In this document: one piece after another, positions 46,582-58,926 of the stretch
How the letters are laid out: each line of letters opens with the position of its first letter
How positions within the stretch are numbered: position 1 is the stretch's first letter
From: Albugo candida
Lineage: Eukaryota
Direction of reading: 5' to 3'
DNA length: 64,000 bases
NCBI GenBank assembly: GCA_040437565.1
Contig: JBDOQK010000005.1
Location: forward strand, 372,001 to 436,000
Notes under the pieces: model-generated
What the model saw: only the letters and a program-made list of their open reading frames with translations
Database searches by the model: none
What the model was told of the DNA's origin: nothing
Program-made: the position numbers and the translations under genes

Positions 46582-47019
46582 ACTTAAATTGATTGGCGAG
46601 AATTTATGTCAGGTCTACTAATTGAACGCGAAGGAAGGAAGTTCACAAATTGAACATGTTCATGGCCAATGGGTCCTCGTAATCTCGATTGTGTATGATT
46701 AATTCGATACAAGATTGTCTCTTTAGGTATGGTGGCGCAAAATCGGAGATCTGGCTCATCTCATATTTTTCTACCGCAAGCGTTGCGTACGGACATAAAA
46801 AATGAAACAATGTTTGAGGACAATGCGTTAGTTTGTAGCACTTAATGCGACTCTTGCCAGCAACCGGCTATGTGAAATAGTTGAGTTGTACTCGAAGGTT
46901 ACCCGATTATCTATATGCTTCGTACTAACGTACGCTATGCAACTCAATAATCCTGGTATTATCTGTTCACAATGAATTCTCCGTCTATATGCTGTGGTGA
47001 GGCAAGCAAACAAACCAAT

Positions 47020-47809
47020 CTATTGTCGCAGGAATTCTTCTCTCCAGTTGGCCAAGATCTCACGTAGCTGACCTTCCCAATTTAAAATTGCATCTTTGGC
47101 ATCTCGCGCATGTGCCGAGCATTCTTCCGTAGATACCGTCACTTCATAATCCTCGCCGTTCATGTCATCAAAATCATGGATTTCAACATGACCTTTCACT
47201 TCATCGAATCCTTCCGAGTCATCCTGTCGAGTCGATTTCCATTCGAATTTGACAGAAATATCGAACCCACATCGCTTCACTCCACGACTGTAAACAAGCT
47301 AACACGAGAAATTCACCACATCAGTCAGCATGTCGATATAAATTGTAGTTAAGCAGAGCTTCGTGACCTTTGCTTCGCCGTCGCATCTTACAATGGAATC
47401 TACGACAAGTGATACGTTATACTTTGCGTCTTCAAATCTGAAGGAATCGCGAAGGTACTCCTTCAAGCGATCGCATGCCCAAGCAGATTTGTCTTTTTCC
47501 TCCCTTCAGTTGACCAGACAATCGCATTAGGTTTGTCGAATGCGAGGTAGATCAAGCAAACAACGTACCATGTACCCGCAGTATTCCAAGCGGATGTTCC
47601 CTGTTTACTCCCTTCCGCTGGCTCTATATCGATCTTGTTGTCAATCCGCAAAGGGGTAAAGTCCTAGCAAAGACCGATAAAATGTCTATTTCGGTCGATT
47701 TATTGTAGGGCTGATCGATCACCTGCGAAGTTTTTGCAATCGATTTCATCCATCCGTGATATCCTTCATGAAGCTTCTTTGCGGCTGGCAATTCGTCATC
47801 GCTTCCCAT
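47020..47809 (-). CDS. Aha1 N-terminal-domain protein (Hsp90 ATPase activator-like), multi-exon
   Basis: SAWNTAGTW|EEKDKSAWACDRL; CDGEA; SRGVKRCGFDISVKFEW; GHVEIHDF. Confidence 0.8.
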
Positions 47810-48128
47810 TGGTTCTTGATAGTTTTAACAAATCAGTGGATACAGTTTTCCAGTGTTCCAGAAGCTTTTCGATCGAAACTTTTGGCACTTTGGTCAAACG
47901 GTACAAAGAGAATTTTAAAATTAAATCGTCATTACTAGAGTTCAAATAATGATTTTACCAAAATCGTTCTAATGAGCTAAATGCGCAATATTTTTCCAAT
48001 GGATGAGTTTTCGGTCCGTCATTCGAATGGGTAGTGTACATAGCTCGCCGAAGCGAAGAACGTCGCGTGTGATGTCACCTATAAAGCTATACTATTGAAC
48101 TTTAATGTCTATCGCTATTACAAGCTGC

Positions 48129-51100
48129 TCACTCTTGTACCGACTCTTCAGATTTCATTCTTAAACTCGAAATAAGCGATAAGATATGTACTGCAGTACC
48201 CCAAATATTACGATGCTTCTGGGGATGTGATTTATGCAATATTTCTTCGAGAGGCTTAACGACCGCATCCGAAAGCGAATTTCGTTCCGAGATAAACTTC
48301 TCATGTGATGACAGCATGCTTGTGAGCTGTGATTCCACCAAAAGCAAGGATGCTTTCACCAGGGCGCGCTCGTATAAATCTGGTTTGGTGTCCTTGATAT
48401 CGACAAAAAAACCTTCGGAGCACTGCGATACATTGGACATCCAAATTTCGATGCACAGCATGCCGAAATGACTACCCGAAATCTCCTGAAGCGCGCTACT
48501 TGACGACGCTCTCAAGCTTCCCTCAAAAGCCTCTACTATCTCTTTGCAAATATCATTAGAGACTGCAAAGGGATGTTTGTACTTGTCTATGATTTCCTTC
48601 AGCTGAGCAGCTTTGAAAGGCGCAATATCGTCTGACCAAGCCGAGGTCAGCGTAGTTTGTATCCGACGTGCCAAGCTGAACGAGTACATAGGCTTTCTCA
48701 TTCCACTTTCCTGGTACATTAAGTGATAATGAGCGATTGAAGAGGTGGCTAGCCAATGCGGAAGCAGTCCCAGCGTTGCAGTTGTGATCTGATCTTCCAC
48801 GGTACACTCCAGAAATGTTGTAATTTGGTTTGGCTCACTTCCCCAGTAAGTATCAGTAATATGGTGATGATCTGAAAACAACGAAGCACATCGTGATTTG
48901 CTAAGTATACTTACTGCATGAAGCAAGATATCGCACATTCTGAACCGCTGTGTCAAGGGTATCGCGATAGCGGGATGACTCGAAAACGCTGGTGGGCAGC
49001 ATAGAACCACACGGAAAATCGATCGTTGATGTGGGGTCCAATGGTCCGGACATTTTACCATCACCAGATCATGTAGAATCTGTATGGGTGGCGAATTATT
49101 GGACAGTATATTAGGAACACTCAATATTGACAACAGTAGCTTGTGCGTCGCTAAGCGAACAGAAGTGTTCGAGCAATGGTTCAATAGAGCCACTGCAACC
49201 CAAATGATTTGGGGGCATAAAGCCAATTTCGATGCCGGTATACCAGAGACCATGGAATCTAACGTGGAGAGGCATTCCATGACAAGCGCCTTACTTGAAG
49301 CACGTAGTAGCGTAAGGCTCATATCTGGCGGATTATTAGAGACATTTATCTGTTGATTTTCGCAAAGTACAAATTGATCCAGTGACTTGTGAAGCAACTC
49401 CAAAATCGTAAGCACCATTTTTGCTTCAAATGGACGTCGTAACATTCTTTGCATCCGAAGAGCAAACTGCGTCGCTTGTTTGACCTGTAATTGCGTAGAT
49501 TCGCTATTCCTCACGCTAATTATCTCACGCGTGGTCTGAATGACTTGATTCATGCAAATTTGATTCCAAATTAATTGCGTGTGCATCGGAATGACCGCAA
49601 CCAAAGAACGTATGAGCTGATCAAATCGATGATCAAAAGCGTTCAAGCCTTGGCCCTTCGCGTCACATCGGTCACTAATCAAAATTTGAAGCGATTGTAG
49701 CCAGTTACTCTGGGACCTCATCAAATGGCGAAGCACTAGCAGACATTCTTGCAGTATCGTTTCGCAATTATTGCTTAAACTATCGCCTCCGAAATCGCTG
49801 GATTCGTGATTTTGTAAGTTGCAAAAATCGGATAAAGTTGCTTTGCGGCTTCGAGGCTTTTTGGTTTGCGATGTTACTGGGTAAGCATCTGATCCGAAAG
49901 TAGTAGCATTCTGCATTATCTTTTGATCCGATTGTAAGATGAAAAACAAGACGCCAATTATCGAATGCAACAAGAACACTCCAAATTCCACTTCCACAGT
50001 GAGCTCACCAGAAGTAAAATCCGCAAAAAAACAATTGTTGTTAACAGTCATCAGTCTGATCAAGGCCACAGCATCGTCAAATATACCAAAAAGTTCTGGT
50101 TGTTCGGGTATATTATCACTTTCGTGTTGCCAAGACTTGGTCTGCCTAACTTGAACTATTGAGATTAGACCGATCATGACATTCTTTGCATTATCTTCCA
50201 CCCGTCCAAGCCAAGCGACAAGTTCTCTGCCTATGGGAAACTCGTCCACATTTCGAGAACGTTCAAATAGAAACTGTAGAACGATAATTAAATTGCTTGA
50301 AAACTCCGCTCCCGTCCCATTCATTCGCTTAGGAAAAGCAAGGGATTGCCACAAGTCCTGAAGTTCTTTGACAAAGACTGTGCCCAGCTGTAGTGTTACC
50401 TGAAGAAAGAGCCGTAATAACACTCCTTGTCTCGCCTGTTGCTTCATAGCGATACAATTAGCCCAACATGGCAAAGCATTGAGTAACTTTCGCTGCTGGC
50501 AGGAGTCGCAACACAGTATAAATTTACCGATTGCACGGCACATATCATACGCATTTTTTTCTCCGAAAGCGTCACAAAGGAGCGCTGAGATACTTCTTGT
50601 CTCGGTACAAGAAACTATGTGACTAATCGATGAATCGACATGTAACGTTGCTGCTGAGCTTGACGCGTGAAAAAGTCCTACAGACCTTTGATGTTGTATC
50701 AGGAAATCCGCCATGTTCCAAGCTTGCTGCCGTATAATCCAATTATGCTGATCTCCTGCGTGTAGTATACAGGCAACTTTTATTACGCAATGCGTGTCAT
50801 CTGATGATGAGAAAAACTCTGGATCGTTCTCTGTTTCAGGCTCAGAATTGTTTGGCACAATCATTTGTGATAGTCTTGTCAAGGTATAGAAATACTCTAT
50901 TGCAATCGCATAAGCTTGACTTGAAGCTTTGTCAAATAACGGGGATGCTGAGTAGAGGCACTTTTTTGTCGCACTATTTAGTATGTGATTTGCCTTTGAA
51001 TGAACTGTGACCAGTTTTTGAAGCATGTAATGGCAAAACCATCCCTGCTGGGAGCAATCATAGAAATGACACGCTTGGTCCGCGAAACATTGGTCGATTA

Positions 51101-54100
51101 TCTCTAAAAGCTTGAGAAGATTTTCCGATCCCAACATATTGTCCCCGATCAGCTTCCTGACTCGTTTCTGATTGCTTACCATTCGAGCAAGAGACATGAT
51201 AACCCACTCTTGAGTCAAAGCACCCAGAATATCTATTTTGTTGCCAAGGCGCACGGAACAGCTGCTATAGCTGGTTGGGGTATTAGCGTCGTGAAGTTGA
51301 TTCTCTTCCAATCTGACATCTAAAACTATCCAAGATAGATAGAGTCGAATATTCTGGCCGTCTTCTATTGTTGAATCAACCCATGTTTGTACGATATAAT
51401 TATCTTGATCTTTATCAGAAGCTTTGTCTTGTGACTCGTTCATTGGAAGTCGTTTACTATCTTGATGCTGTGCAATAGAGTCTCCGGCATTTCGGTGGCT
51501 GCATGCTGACAGCTTTGTGAGCACGGAAAAGCAGCCTTGATAATCTAATGATACTTCCGATTTGCTTGGTCCATGGTCGACTGCAAGTCGGTCCTCGATT
51601 TGAAGCAAGGATGACAAAATCGCACAAAAGTCCTGTCTTATCATGGACCGAAGGCAGTGAAATTCGGCGGTGTCATTACTCTCCTCTTCTAAATGAGGCG
51701 GGGGGATATCGTGCAGCCTCTCACAACATTGTGCCAGAAGAGTTGAGTAACGATCTCGAAGTTGTGAGCTCCACATTTCTTTGACCACAATCCATTCTTT
51801 CGGGCTACATAATAACTTTACGAGACGAATAATTATAAGGCGAAACGTTCGTATAAGAGCCCACCGCAAGCGGAGTTGTTTTTTAGTAAGGTCCTCAGTA
51901 TCTAAACTTGTTCCTTCCCGGTCATGTCCTTTTCTGCGGGTCGACTGTCTCTGATTGCCTAACGGTGCTGCGTTCGTGGCGCCTGATGTACCGCCATCAA
52001 ATCGTGTATCAAATGCCGGCAATGCTTCTGCCTCAACTTCAACAAGACAGTCAAGAACTCTGTGCGTGAGCGGTATACTAACGTTTCCAAGAGCCAAAAT
52101 CGCCACTCTTTGTATTCTCGCGCTGTCGCTCTTCAATACCTGACAGAGTTCTCTTATGCAAATAACTTGACAATGCATCGTTTCACCACTATCTGCATGA
52201 TCCTGATTGCCTGCACTATATGTGTCCACATCCTGAGTGTCGTAATTGCAGTCTACTCTCAACGCGTTCGTCGTCGCTAGCAAGACGATATTTCCCCAGT
52301 ACCTGACCTTATCGTCTCCTAGTTTATTTACGATTTGAGTTGAGCTCAAACTCTCATCCTTGAGCATCGTGGATACTCTGACAAAAAAGCCATGAAAATG
52401 ATCCCAAATAATCGATGAGATGGCTGGCTTCACAAGACCAAACAGTGCGAAAATATGTCCCATATATTGAGATATGACAAAGTAGGGAATTTGACTGCCT
52501 AAATCGCGTAAAAGGTGCTCATAGTTGTTTGAAGAAACTACAAAGCGACTTAAATTGCAGAAAAATTCGTTGGTTGGAATCGGATCCAAAAGTACTTGAT
52601 AAATGCTTGTTTTATCCCTGGTGCTCCACGTGCAAAATTGTATCTGGGCAATTAGTCTAAGAAGCTTTAGCGTAGATCTTCGCAATTCGACACAATCGGC
52701 CATGAGTAGGAAGACTCCAAGTGCTTCAATGCGGTCGAATGAACTTGAGAGGGAAAAATGGTCGGTCTTACTTTGATGTCGGGTGAAAAAAGACATGAAA
52801 TTTGTGTCTTCCAGCAGTTTCACAAGTAAAAGGACCAAAGAATGTGCAGCATGTGCATTCAAAAAGAGATCTGCTGTCAAATATCCAGATAATTCCTCGA
52901 CCAATACTTGGTATAGCACTCCTAAGACAGTAACTATTTTCTCCGATGATGTGACCGAGCAAATTTCCTTGGAAATGGTGCATACTGCACTACTAGCTTC
53001 CGTTCGAACAAAGGCGTTTTGATTACAAGTTGCACGGACGAGAATCTGAACCCACACTCTCTGAGCAATACGCGTCTCCCGATACAAACTTGTAAAACAC
53101 TGGATCGTTGTACAGAACAATTTATATCCTAGCTCCAAGGCTCCTACCTTGTTTTTGGAATTTGTGACATACAGACCATAGTGCTCGATTGTGTGTCGTA
53201 AGGGTTCAGACACCTGCTGCCCTCCCAAAGTGTTGTACGAATTGTTTCCGCAATGGGTGCTGCAATCCATCAAAATTTGATCTACTTTACCGGTAAAACT
53301 AGCCTGGCAAATCTTGTGAGCGTTCGCAAGCGCACGCTTTTCTAGCATTCCTGCCCATAGTAAGGGTTGAATGATGGTGTCTTCAGAAATTCGATCTGTG
53401 TATTGCCAAGACGGCGAATGCATGATTTTGTGATATGAGTGTAGGCTCTGGAGCCCAATAAGTCTTCTCTCGTCAAGTGGATTTATCGATTCGGCTACAA
53501 GCCGGTGGACATGTTCACCCGCACCTTGATAGCAAATTATCGCACACGACATCTGCGCAAGAATCGAGAAGCTTTCGTGATTCAAAGTAGTGCCTCTCCA
53601 TACTCCATCACATAGCCAACATTGCATTCGGTTAAGGCACTCTATGCACTCCTTCTCAAAAGCTGGTTGATCCAAAATGATACTTCGCTGGAGAACCTGA
53701 ACAAACAGCATCCCAGTGCTCCTTATCAGTACTGCGGGATCGGAAATCGCTTCAGCATTTTTTTCATGAAAATCATACTCCCAACTTGAAAAGCTGGCTG
53801 ATGGGTCTGAGCTTGCAAATGTCCGCAACTGGATGCGTGTAATCTGATTGAAGTCTTCGTTACAAAATCGTTCAAAGACATTGTTAGGTGCTAGACACAT
53901 CACTGCTGCGCGCAGAGCCCAAGCTGGGCCTTGCAAAAGCCTTTTCTTTTTTGATAATCTTAACCCAATTGCGTTTGAACAGTGCTGCCTTGCAAGAGAA
54001 TGCAAATCAAGCAGACACACACACCACTCAGATACGTTCGCTGATACATTAAATATAGCTTTGCAATACCACAACGTTATTTGTCGGTGATTTGAAGTTT

Positions 54101-55100
54101 GGCAGTACCACTTATAAAGCTTTTGAGAAAGCGTTTGTGATTCATTTTCCAGAATTCTTGAGAGTAATCGCAGTGCAGCAAGTCGAACAAGATAGCAGTG
54201 CGATTTCAATGTTAGGCTCTGCAAATCACGCAAGAAACTCGCAACTCTTTTCACTTTCCCAGCTACTCTTGGTCCATATTCTGGTCGCTGTGCATCGAGT
54301 GCCCAGCAATCGTTGACAAGAAATGGATCGAAATTGATGCTCGAAAAACACTGAATCATGTAGCACAATAGGTATGAATCACAAGTCTGCACAGTATTCA
54401 ACAGTGGCTTCAATTGTGCACCTGAAAAGGTCTGTAAACTACAGCCAAAAGTTCCATTTATGGACTGATAAAAGCGATCGTGTATCAGTTGTACTGAAAA
54501 CTGGGAAACGTAGCCAAGAACTTTTTTCCACATAAGAGCAATGTTATCAAGCAATCTCTCATTCTGTGTATCTTTGTATCCTGTCCGATCAACAAGCATC
54601 GATCGTGATGCTTTGACGCTAAACAGTCGATTAAATGGGCTACTTTTTGATCTACACCGTGCTTGACAGCGCTTTATCATGTCGTAATGAATGCAAAATA
54701 CTCGGAAACAGGTATCAATGATTGCCTTCAGCATACCTGTTGACCAAAAATCGCTAGTTTCCATCGTTTCAACAGAGGTACTAACGTCATGGTGTCTTTG
54801 ACCTACATAGGATTCGAAGTAAGCGATCAAAACCTCCGCCACGATATATTTGGCAATGTGAGTTTCATGTAGTGAAGGTTTCGATTTCCCTGCATGTACG
54901 CTCCACTCCAATAGAAGAAGAATTCCATTTTGCCGCTGTTGTTTGCTCATATTCATCAAAATGGTAAGAACTTGATCCAAGGCTTGACGAATATTATCAC
55001 ATCGAGGAGGAATCAGCTCATGAGCATGATTTGCAGTCAATACTTGCAATTGATGCAGTAGGAGATCTTGGATATGGAGCTCCACTTGTGATGTACTCAT
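48129..55100 (-). CDS. Furry/MOR2/TAO3-like large ARM/HEAT cell-morphogenesis protein (divergent)
   Basis: 2323-aa Leu-rich helical ORF. ERRLIGLQSL, AILALGN, LNALPCW, ELQDLWQSLA and PQIIWVAVALL resemble MOR2-PAG1 blocks. Confidence 0.65.
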   Translation of the reverse strand: MSTSQVELHIQDLLLHQLQVLTANHAHELIPPRCDNIRQALDQVLTILMNMSKQQRQNGILLLLEWSVHAGKSKPSLHETHIAKYIVAEVLIAYFESYVGQRHHDVSTSVETMETSDFWSTGMLKAIIDTCFRVFCIHYDMIKRCQARCRSKSSPFNRLFSVKASRSMLVDRTGYKDTQNERLLDNIALMWKKVLGYVSQFSVQLIHDRFYQSINGTFGCSLQTFSGAQLKPLLNTVQTCDSYLLCYMIQCFSSINFDPFLVNDCWALDAQRPEYGPRVAGKVKRVASFLRDLQSLTLKSHCYLVRLAALRLLSRILENESQTLSQKLYKWYCQTSNHRQITLWYCKAIFNVSANVSEWCVCLLDLHSLARQHCSNAIGLRLSKKKRLLQGPAWALRAAVMCLAPNNVFERFCNEDFNQITRIQLRTFASSDPSASFSSWEYDFHEKNAEAISDPAVLIRSTGMLFVQVLQRSIILDQPAFEKECIECLNRMQCWLCDGVWRGTTLNHESFSILAQMSCAIICYQGAGEHVHRLVAESINPLDERRLIGLQSLHSYHKIMHSPSWQYTDRISEDTIIQPLLWAGMLEKRALANAHKICQASFTGKVDQILMDCSTHCGNNSYNTLGGQQVSEPLRHTIEHYGLYVTNSKNKVGALELGYKLFCTTIQCFTSLYRETRIAQRVWVQILVRATCNQNAFVRTEASSAVCTISKEICSVTSSEKIVTVLGVLYQVLVEELSGYLTADLFLNAHAAHSLVLLLVKLLEDTNFMSFFTRHQSKTDHFSLSSSFDRIEALGVFLLMADCVELRRSTLKLLRLIAQIQFCTWSTRDKTSIYQVLLDPIPTNEFFCNLSRFVVSSNNYEHLLRDLGSQIPYFVISQYMGHIFALFGLVKPAISSIIWDHFHGFFVRVSTMLKDESLSSTQIVNKLGDDKVRYWGNIVLLATTNALRVDCNYDTQDVDTYSAGNQDHADSGETMHCQVICIRELCQVLKSDSARIQRVAILALGNVSIPLTHRVLDCLVEVEAEALPAFDTRFDGGTSGATNAAPLGNQRQSTRRKGHDREGTSLDTEDLTKKQLRLRWALIRTFRLIIIRLVKLLCSPKEWIVVKEMWSSQLRDRYSTLLAQCCERLHDIPPPHLEEESNDTAEFHCLRSMIRQDFCAILSSLLQIEDRLAVDHGPSKSEVSLDYQGCFSVLTKLSACSHRNAGDSIAQHQDSKRLPMNESQDKASDKDQDNYIVQTWVDSTIEDGQNIRLYLSWIVLDVRLEENQLHDANTPTSYSSCSVRLGNKIDILGALTQEWVIMSLARMVSNQKRVRKLIGDNMLGSENLLKLLEIIDQCFADQACHFYDCSQQGWFCHYMLQKLVTVHSKANHILNSATKKCLYSASPLFDKASSQAYAIAIEYFYTLTRLSQMIVPNNSEPETENDPEFFSSSDDTHCVIKVACILHAGDQHNWIIRQQAWNMADFLIQHQRSVGLFHASSSAATLHVDSSISHIVSCTETRSISALLCDAFGEKNAYDMCRAIGKFILCCDSCQQRKLLNALPCWANCIAMKQQARQGVLLRLFLQVTLQLGTVFVKELQDLWQSLAFPKRMNGTGAEFSSNLIIVLQFLFERSRNVDEFPIGRELVAWLGRVEDNAKNVMIGLISIVQVRQTKSWQHESDNIPEQPELFGIFDDAVALIRLMTVNNNCFFADFTSGELTVEVEFGVFLLHSIIGVLFFILQSDQKIMQNATTFGSDAYPVTSQTKKPRSRKATLSDFCNLQNHESSDFGGDSLSNNCETILQECLLVLRHLMRSQSNWLQSLQILISDRCDAKGQGLNAFDHRFDQLIRSLVAVIPMHTQLIWNQICMNQVIQTTREIISVRNSESTQLQVKQATQFALRMQRMLRRPFEAKMVLTILELLHKSLDQFVLCENQQINVSNNPPDMSLTLLRASSKALVMECLSTLDSMVSGIPASKLALCPQIIWVAVALLNHCSNTSVRLATHKLLLSILSVPNILSNNSPPIQILHDLVMVKCPDHWTPHQRSIFRVVLCCPPAFSSHPAIAIPLTQRFRMCDILLHAVSILSKSRCASLFSDHHHITDTYWGSEPNQITTFLECTVEDQITTATLGLLPHWLATSSIAHYHLMYQESGMRKPMYSFSLARRIQTTLTSAWSDDIAPFKAAQLKEIIDKYKHPFAVSNDICKEIVEAFEGSLRASSSSALQEISGSHFGMLCIEIWMSNVSQCSEGFFVDIKDTKPDLYERALVKASLLLVESQLTSMLSSHEKFISERNSLSDAVVKPLEEILHKSHPQKHRNIWGTAVHILSLISSLRMKSEESVQE

Positions 55101-55595
55101 CCAAAGGGATCAATTGATCGCTTCCGACCAGTTTGTGGATAGATGGTGGCAGCCTCCTATTTTTAGTTCTGTTTACTGCCTTCCGAGCCGACAGGTACTA
55201 AAAAAAACACGAGCTTCGACGTTGACAATAGTCGTGAGCAGACAATACCGGTCGGTTCAGATAAGTGGCGCTAGTTGTCATGTCGATATCAAGAAGAGGT
55301 CTGAGAAAAAAACGTCAACTCCAACAAACGAAAGCCCTTATCGAGTTGTATTGTCTATCTCCGTATAATCCATCGACAAGGCTGCATCAATAGGTTTTCG
55401 AATTTCGACTGTGAGACACTACTGGATCCTCCGAGTGCTTCCCATCAGATACGATATAAGGAATCGTGATCTCAGAATCTTTTACATCGACTCTATTCCA
55501 GGTCGGTGGCATTTTCTCAGCGCAATGTACTACGCGAGCCATTGAACTCAAGTAAGCACATCAATAAAGCCTGGTGGAACTCTCGTCTTCCCAAG

Positions 55596-58500
55596 TCAAA
55601 ACGTGAGATATTTTCGCATCAGATATCGAGCGAGATCATTTGCTCCGCTACACAGAGAGAAGAAAACTTCAGGCATTTTCGAAATGGGTGCAGCCCGAGA
55701 CGCTTACCTCTGTTTGTAGATCAAAGACAAGTTATACGCGGTCTCTCTGGCAAGATCGTATTCAGCTGGTATCTGTTTTGCCTCCTCGCATGTGCGTAAA
55801 ACGCGTTCGTACATTGCAATGGCTAGATGAAATAATCCCAATTGGTGATGTGCACGTCCCAAATTGTACCAACATTCCAGTCGCCGGTAGATTGTATCAA
55901 TTCCGCTGGGAGTATTTCCATTTTCATCACTTTCTGCAGTCCGAATTTTCTGATATTGTTGAAGCAGTGCAAAAGCTTTGGCCACCGTGTGCTGTCTATC
56001 CTTGATAGTCCGCTGCATGGACGCTGCAAGAAATGCCATACCAAGACAGAATAGCACCAGAGGATTCTCTTTATCGTGTTGGTATGCTAACGTGAATTCT
56101 CCCGCCATCAATGAGATGTCCCAGTAGGAGGACTGGTGACCAGCTAATATAATTGCCGGATAATTCGTTGCTTCGTGCTTGAGCACTTTGGCCAAAAATT
56201 TCTGGTGGAAGGAAAATGTGCCAGCGATTGTTATCACTCGACCGAACAGATTCCAATAGGCGAGGTTGTTTGAATCTTCAAGGATGTTGAGTCGTGCGCA
56301 ATCGTACGCCATCCGGTGTTCACCAAACTCCAATGCAATGGTTAATGCAAGAAAACGCAACTCAAAGCGATTATCGGGCTCAAGAACTTTGTCAGATGCA
56401 TTCACGTCTGTGAGAAGCTCAATCGCGGCAGTGTGCTTTTCACATTCGGTGAGTGCTTTTGCCGTCCCGACTGCCAATTCGTGAAAAGCTGCTTCTCCGA
56501 TCACACGTGATACGATTAGTTGTTGTGAAACTCTCAGCGAAATACCTTCCACCGAATCACGTTGTTTGCTGTCTGTCATATCAATTATATATTTCGACTT
56601 CAAATGCTCACCCCGTACCGATGAAATATGTGATGTTGTCGAGTTTTGATGCTTTTGTCTTTTAAGGACGAGTGGAGCCTGATTGAGAGAGGTCATGATA
56701 ATAGGCACACCCACGTTACAGAGTGCGTCCGGATCGCCGAGAGCATACTTCAAATGGCCCCACTCAACGAGAAGTTTTAGTCGAATCCGATTGTCCATGG
56801 CGTCTACGCTCAGTGAAGGTTCCTCCTCTGCTTCTCCATTATTGAACTCTTCATCTTCATCATTCATTTCGGAATCTTCATCATCATCTTTTGTGATTTC
56901 ATCTTCATCCTCTGCATCGGACAAACCTTTTTTGTCACTTCCATAACGAGACTTCTGCTTCCAGTACGGGCAGACTGCAGACTTTAAAACTTCGGGTAAC
57001 CATTGCTCGATCATGTGTAAACCTCTATTCTCCTCTTTCAACTCACGTGCAATAACTACACCTTGGAGCACGATGGCCGGGCTAACTAAAAGACCATCCG
57101 TTTCGTACTGATACGCAATCGCTTTTTCATAATATTCCAAAGCAATATTTTTCATCCCAAGTCGAGCATTGCACTCGGCGTATCGAAGAAAAATGTCGTC
57201 TTTCCATAAGTTTTCGTGTGGCAGCAGTAATTTCAGAATGTTGAGAGCTTCGACATCGTTACCACTTGATGCAATGTACGCCTCAGCGACATCCACAAAA
57301 AGATCCATGTACGATTCCACATCCTGGGAATATCTAAGTACAAACCATATGTTGAGTTTAGTTCTAATTGCGGGAACAACGCTTACAGTTTGGTGAAGAT
57401 GCTTTCTGCCGTCTCGATTTCATCCATGAACAAATGACAAATGCCATACTTGATGACGATGTCGAGCGGTATATCAGAGCTTTCCACGATATTTTGTTCA
57501 GTTTGACTCGATGTTGCTGATTTTCGAGCATGGAAATCATCGATTAATTGTACAGCATCTTGATACTGTTTTAAAGTGATATAGAGATCAGCCAGCANNN
57601 NNNNNNNNNNNNNNNNNNNNNNNNNNNNNNNNNNNNNNNNNNNNNNNNNNNNNNNNNNNNNNNNNNNNNNNNNNNNNNNNNNNNNNNNNNNNNNNNNGGA
57701 AATCATCGATTAATTGTACAGCATCTTGATACTGTTTTAAAGTGATATAGAGATCAGCCAGCATGTTTATTGCATTTGACTCAGATTGTTGTGCATCGGC
57801 GATCGTAGGGTCTGCAGTAGCTTTCTCGATACATGTTTTGAGTGCATCGATGGCTTCGTCATTTTTTCCAGCCGCGTGATAAGCTTCAGCAACTTGCATC
57901 CACATGGAAAAATCATTTGGAAACTATGCGAAATGAAAAAGTAGTGTTTGAGAATAGAAAAGAGATGACAGACCGCTTCCATACCAGCAAAGCCAATTTC
58001 TTGTACGCGACTGCAAGCTTGCGCTCATGCCCCTGCTGCTGACACATTTCTATGTAGTTGTAAACCGCATCCTTATCCTTTGGATTTGCTTTGCATGCAC
58101 TACAAAACCAGTCAGCATTGTATAATTTTGACGCTATTTTCTTACCTCTTGAAGCAGAAAAGTGCTTGCTGCATATTTTTTTCTTCTTTAGCAATGTGAC
58201 CCACATGCTTCCACAATTCTGCATCGCCCGGTGTCAATGTACAAGCTATTAGAAAAAACTGCAATGCTTTTGCTTTGTTATTCCGATCTTCATAAATAAC
58301 TCCAAGAGTATGGTAAGGATCCGGAATTGTTGGCGCTTTTTTAATAAAGTCTTTGAGCATCACTATTGCTTGATCATATTGATGTGATGCATACATCATG
58401 TTGGCCTCGCCCAACATTGCCGACAGCTCTGGTGATAATTTACTGGGAACCACGCTGGATCGACGATTGGATACTCTTTTTTTACGTCGGTGCTTTCTTT

Positions 58501-58848
58501 TAGCTCGAGATGCTCCCCAGAGCTAGCATGGGTTGATTGGTATGAATTTGACCATCATCAAAGCAAATAAGGCACGTTTACCTGACGCTCGACATCTGAA
58601 TCATCTTCCTCATCATCATCGTCTTCTTCTTCTTCTTCATAGCTTGAGTCTTCATTGGATTCATGAGCACTTTCACTAGCTGTTTCCATCTCGATATCGC
58701 TGTGCTGGTCCGAATTTGCGATCGTTTCTTTTCGCGCTGCTCCCATCGAATCCCTACCTCCATTTACAATGCAATAATTTTGATCCTGAGTGTCTTGTAG
58801 CAAATCATCTTCATTCAGTGCAGCTTTCAGCAGCGATTGAAACGACAT
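55596..58848 (-). CDS. Transcription factor IIIC TPR subunit (Tfc4/GTF3C3), multi-exon
   Basis: Acidic N-terminus; LSPELSAMLGEANMMYA; PDPYHTLGVIYED; ECWYNLGRAHHQLGLFHLAIAMYERVL; ETAYNLSLIYKQ|SGANDLARYLMRKYLTF*. Confidence 0.9.
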
Positions 58849-58926
58849 GCGAAGACCTGATCGATTGGCTAGCGGTTCCGAACTTTGCAATTTGCATCGA
58901 ACTTTTCATTCAACGAGACGACAAAG

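Noticed and set aside
48556-54316. Short ORFs antisense or out of frame within the 2323-aa gene
   Set aside because: Shadow ORFs with no motifs. The same applies to those over PRP6, GlyRS and TFIIIC.
7430-55100. MOB and Furry-like genes (both NDR-kinase pathway) in one window
   Set aside because: They are about 39 kb apart with many unrelated genes between them, so there is no evidence of a functional cluster.
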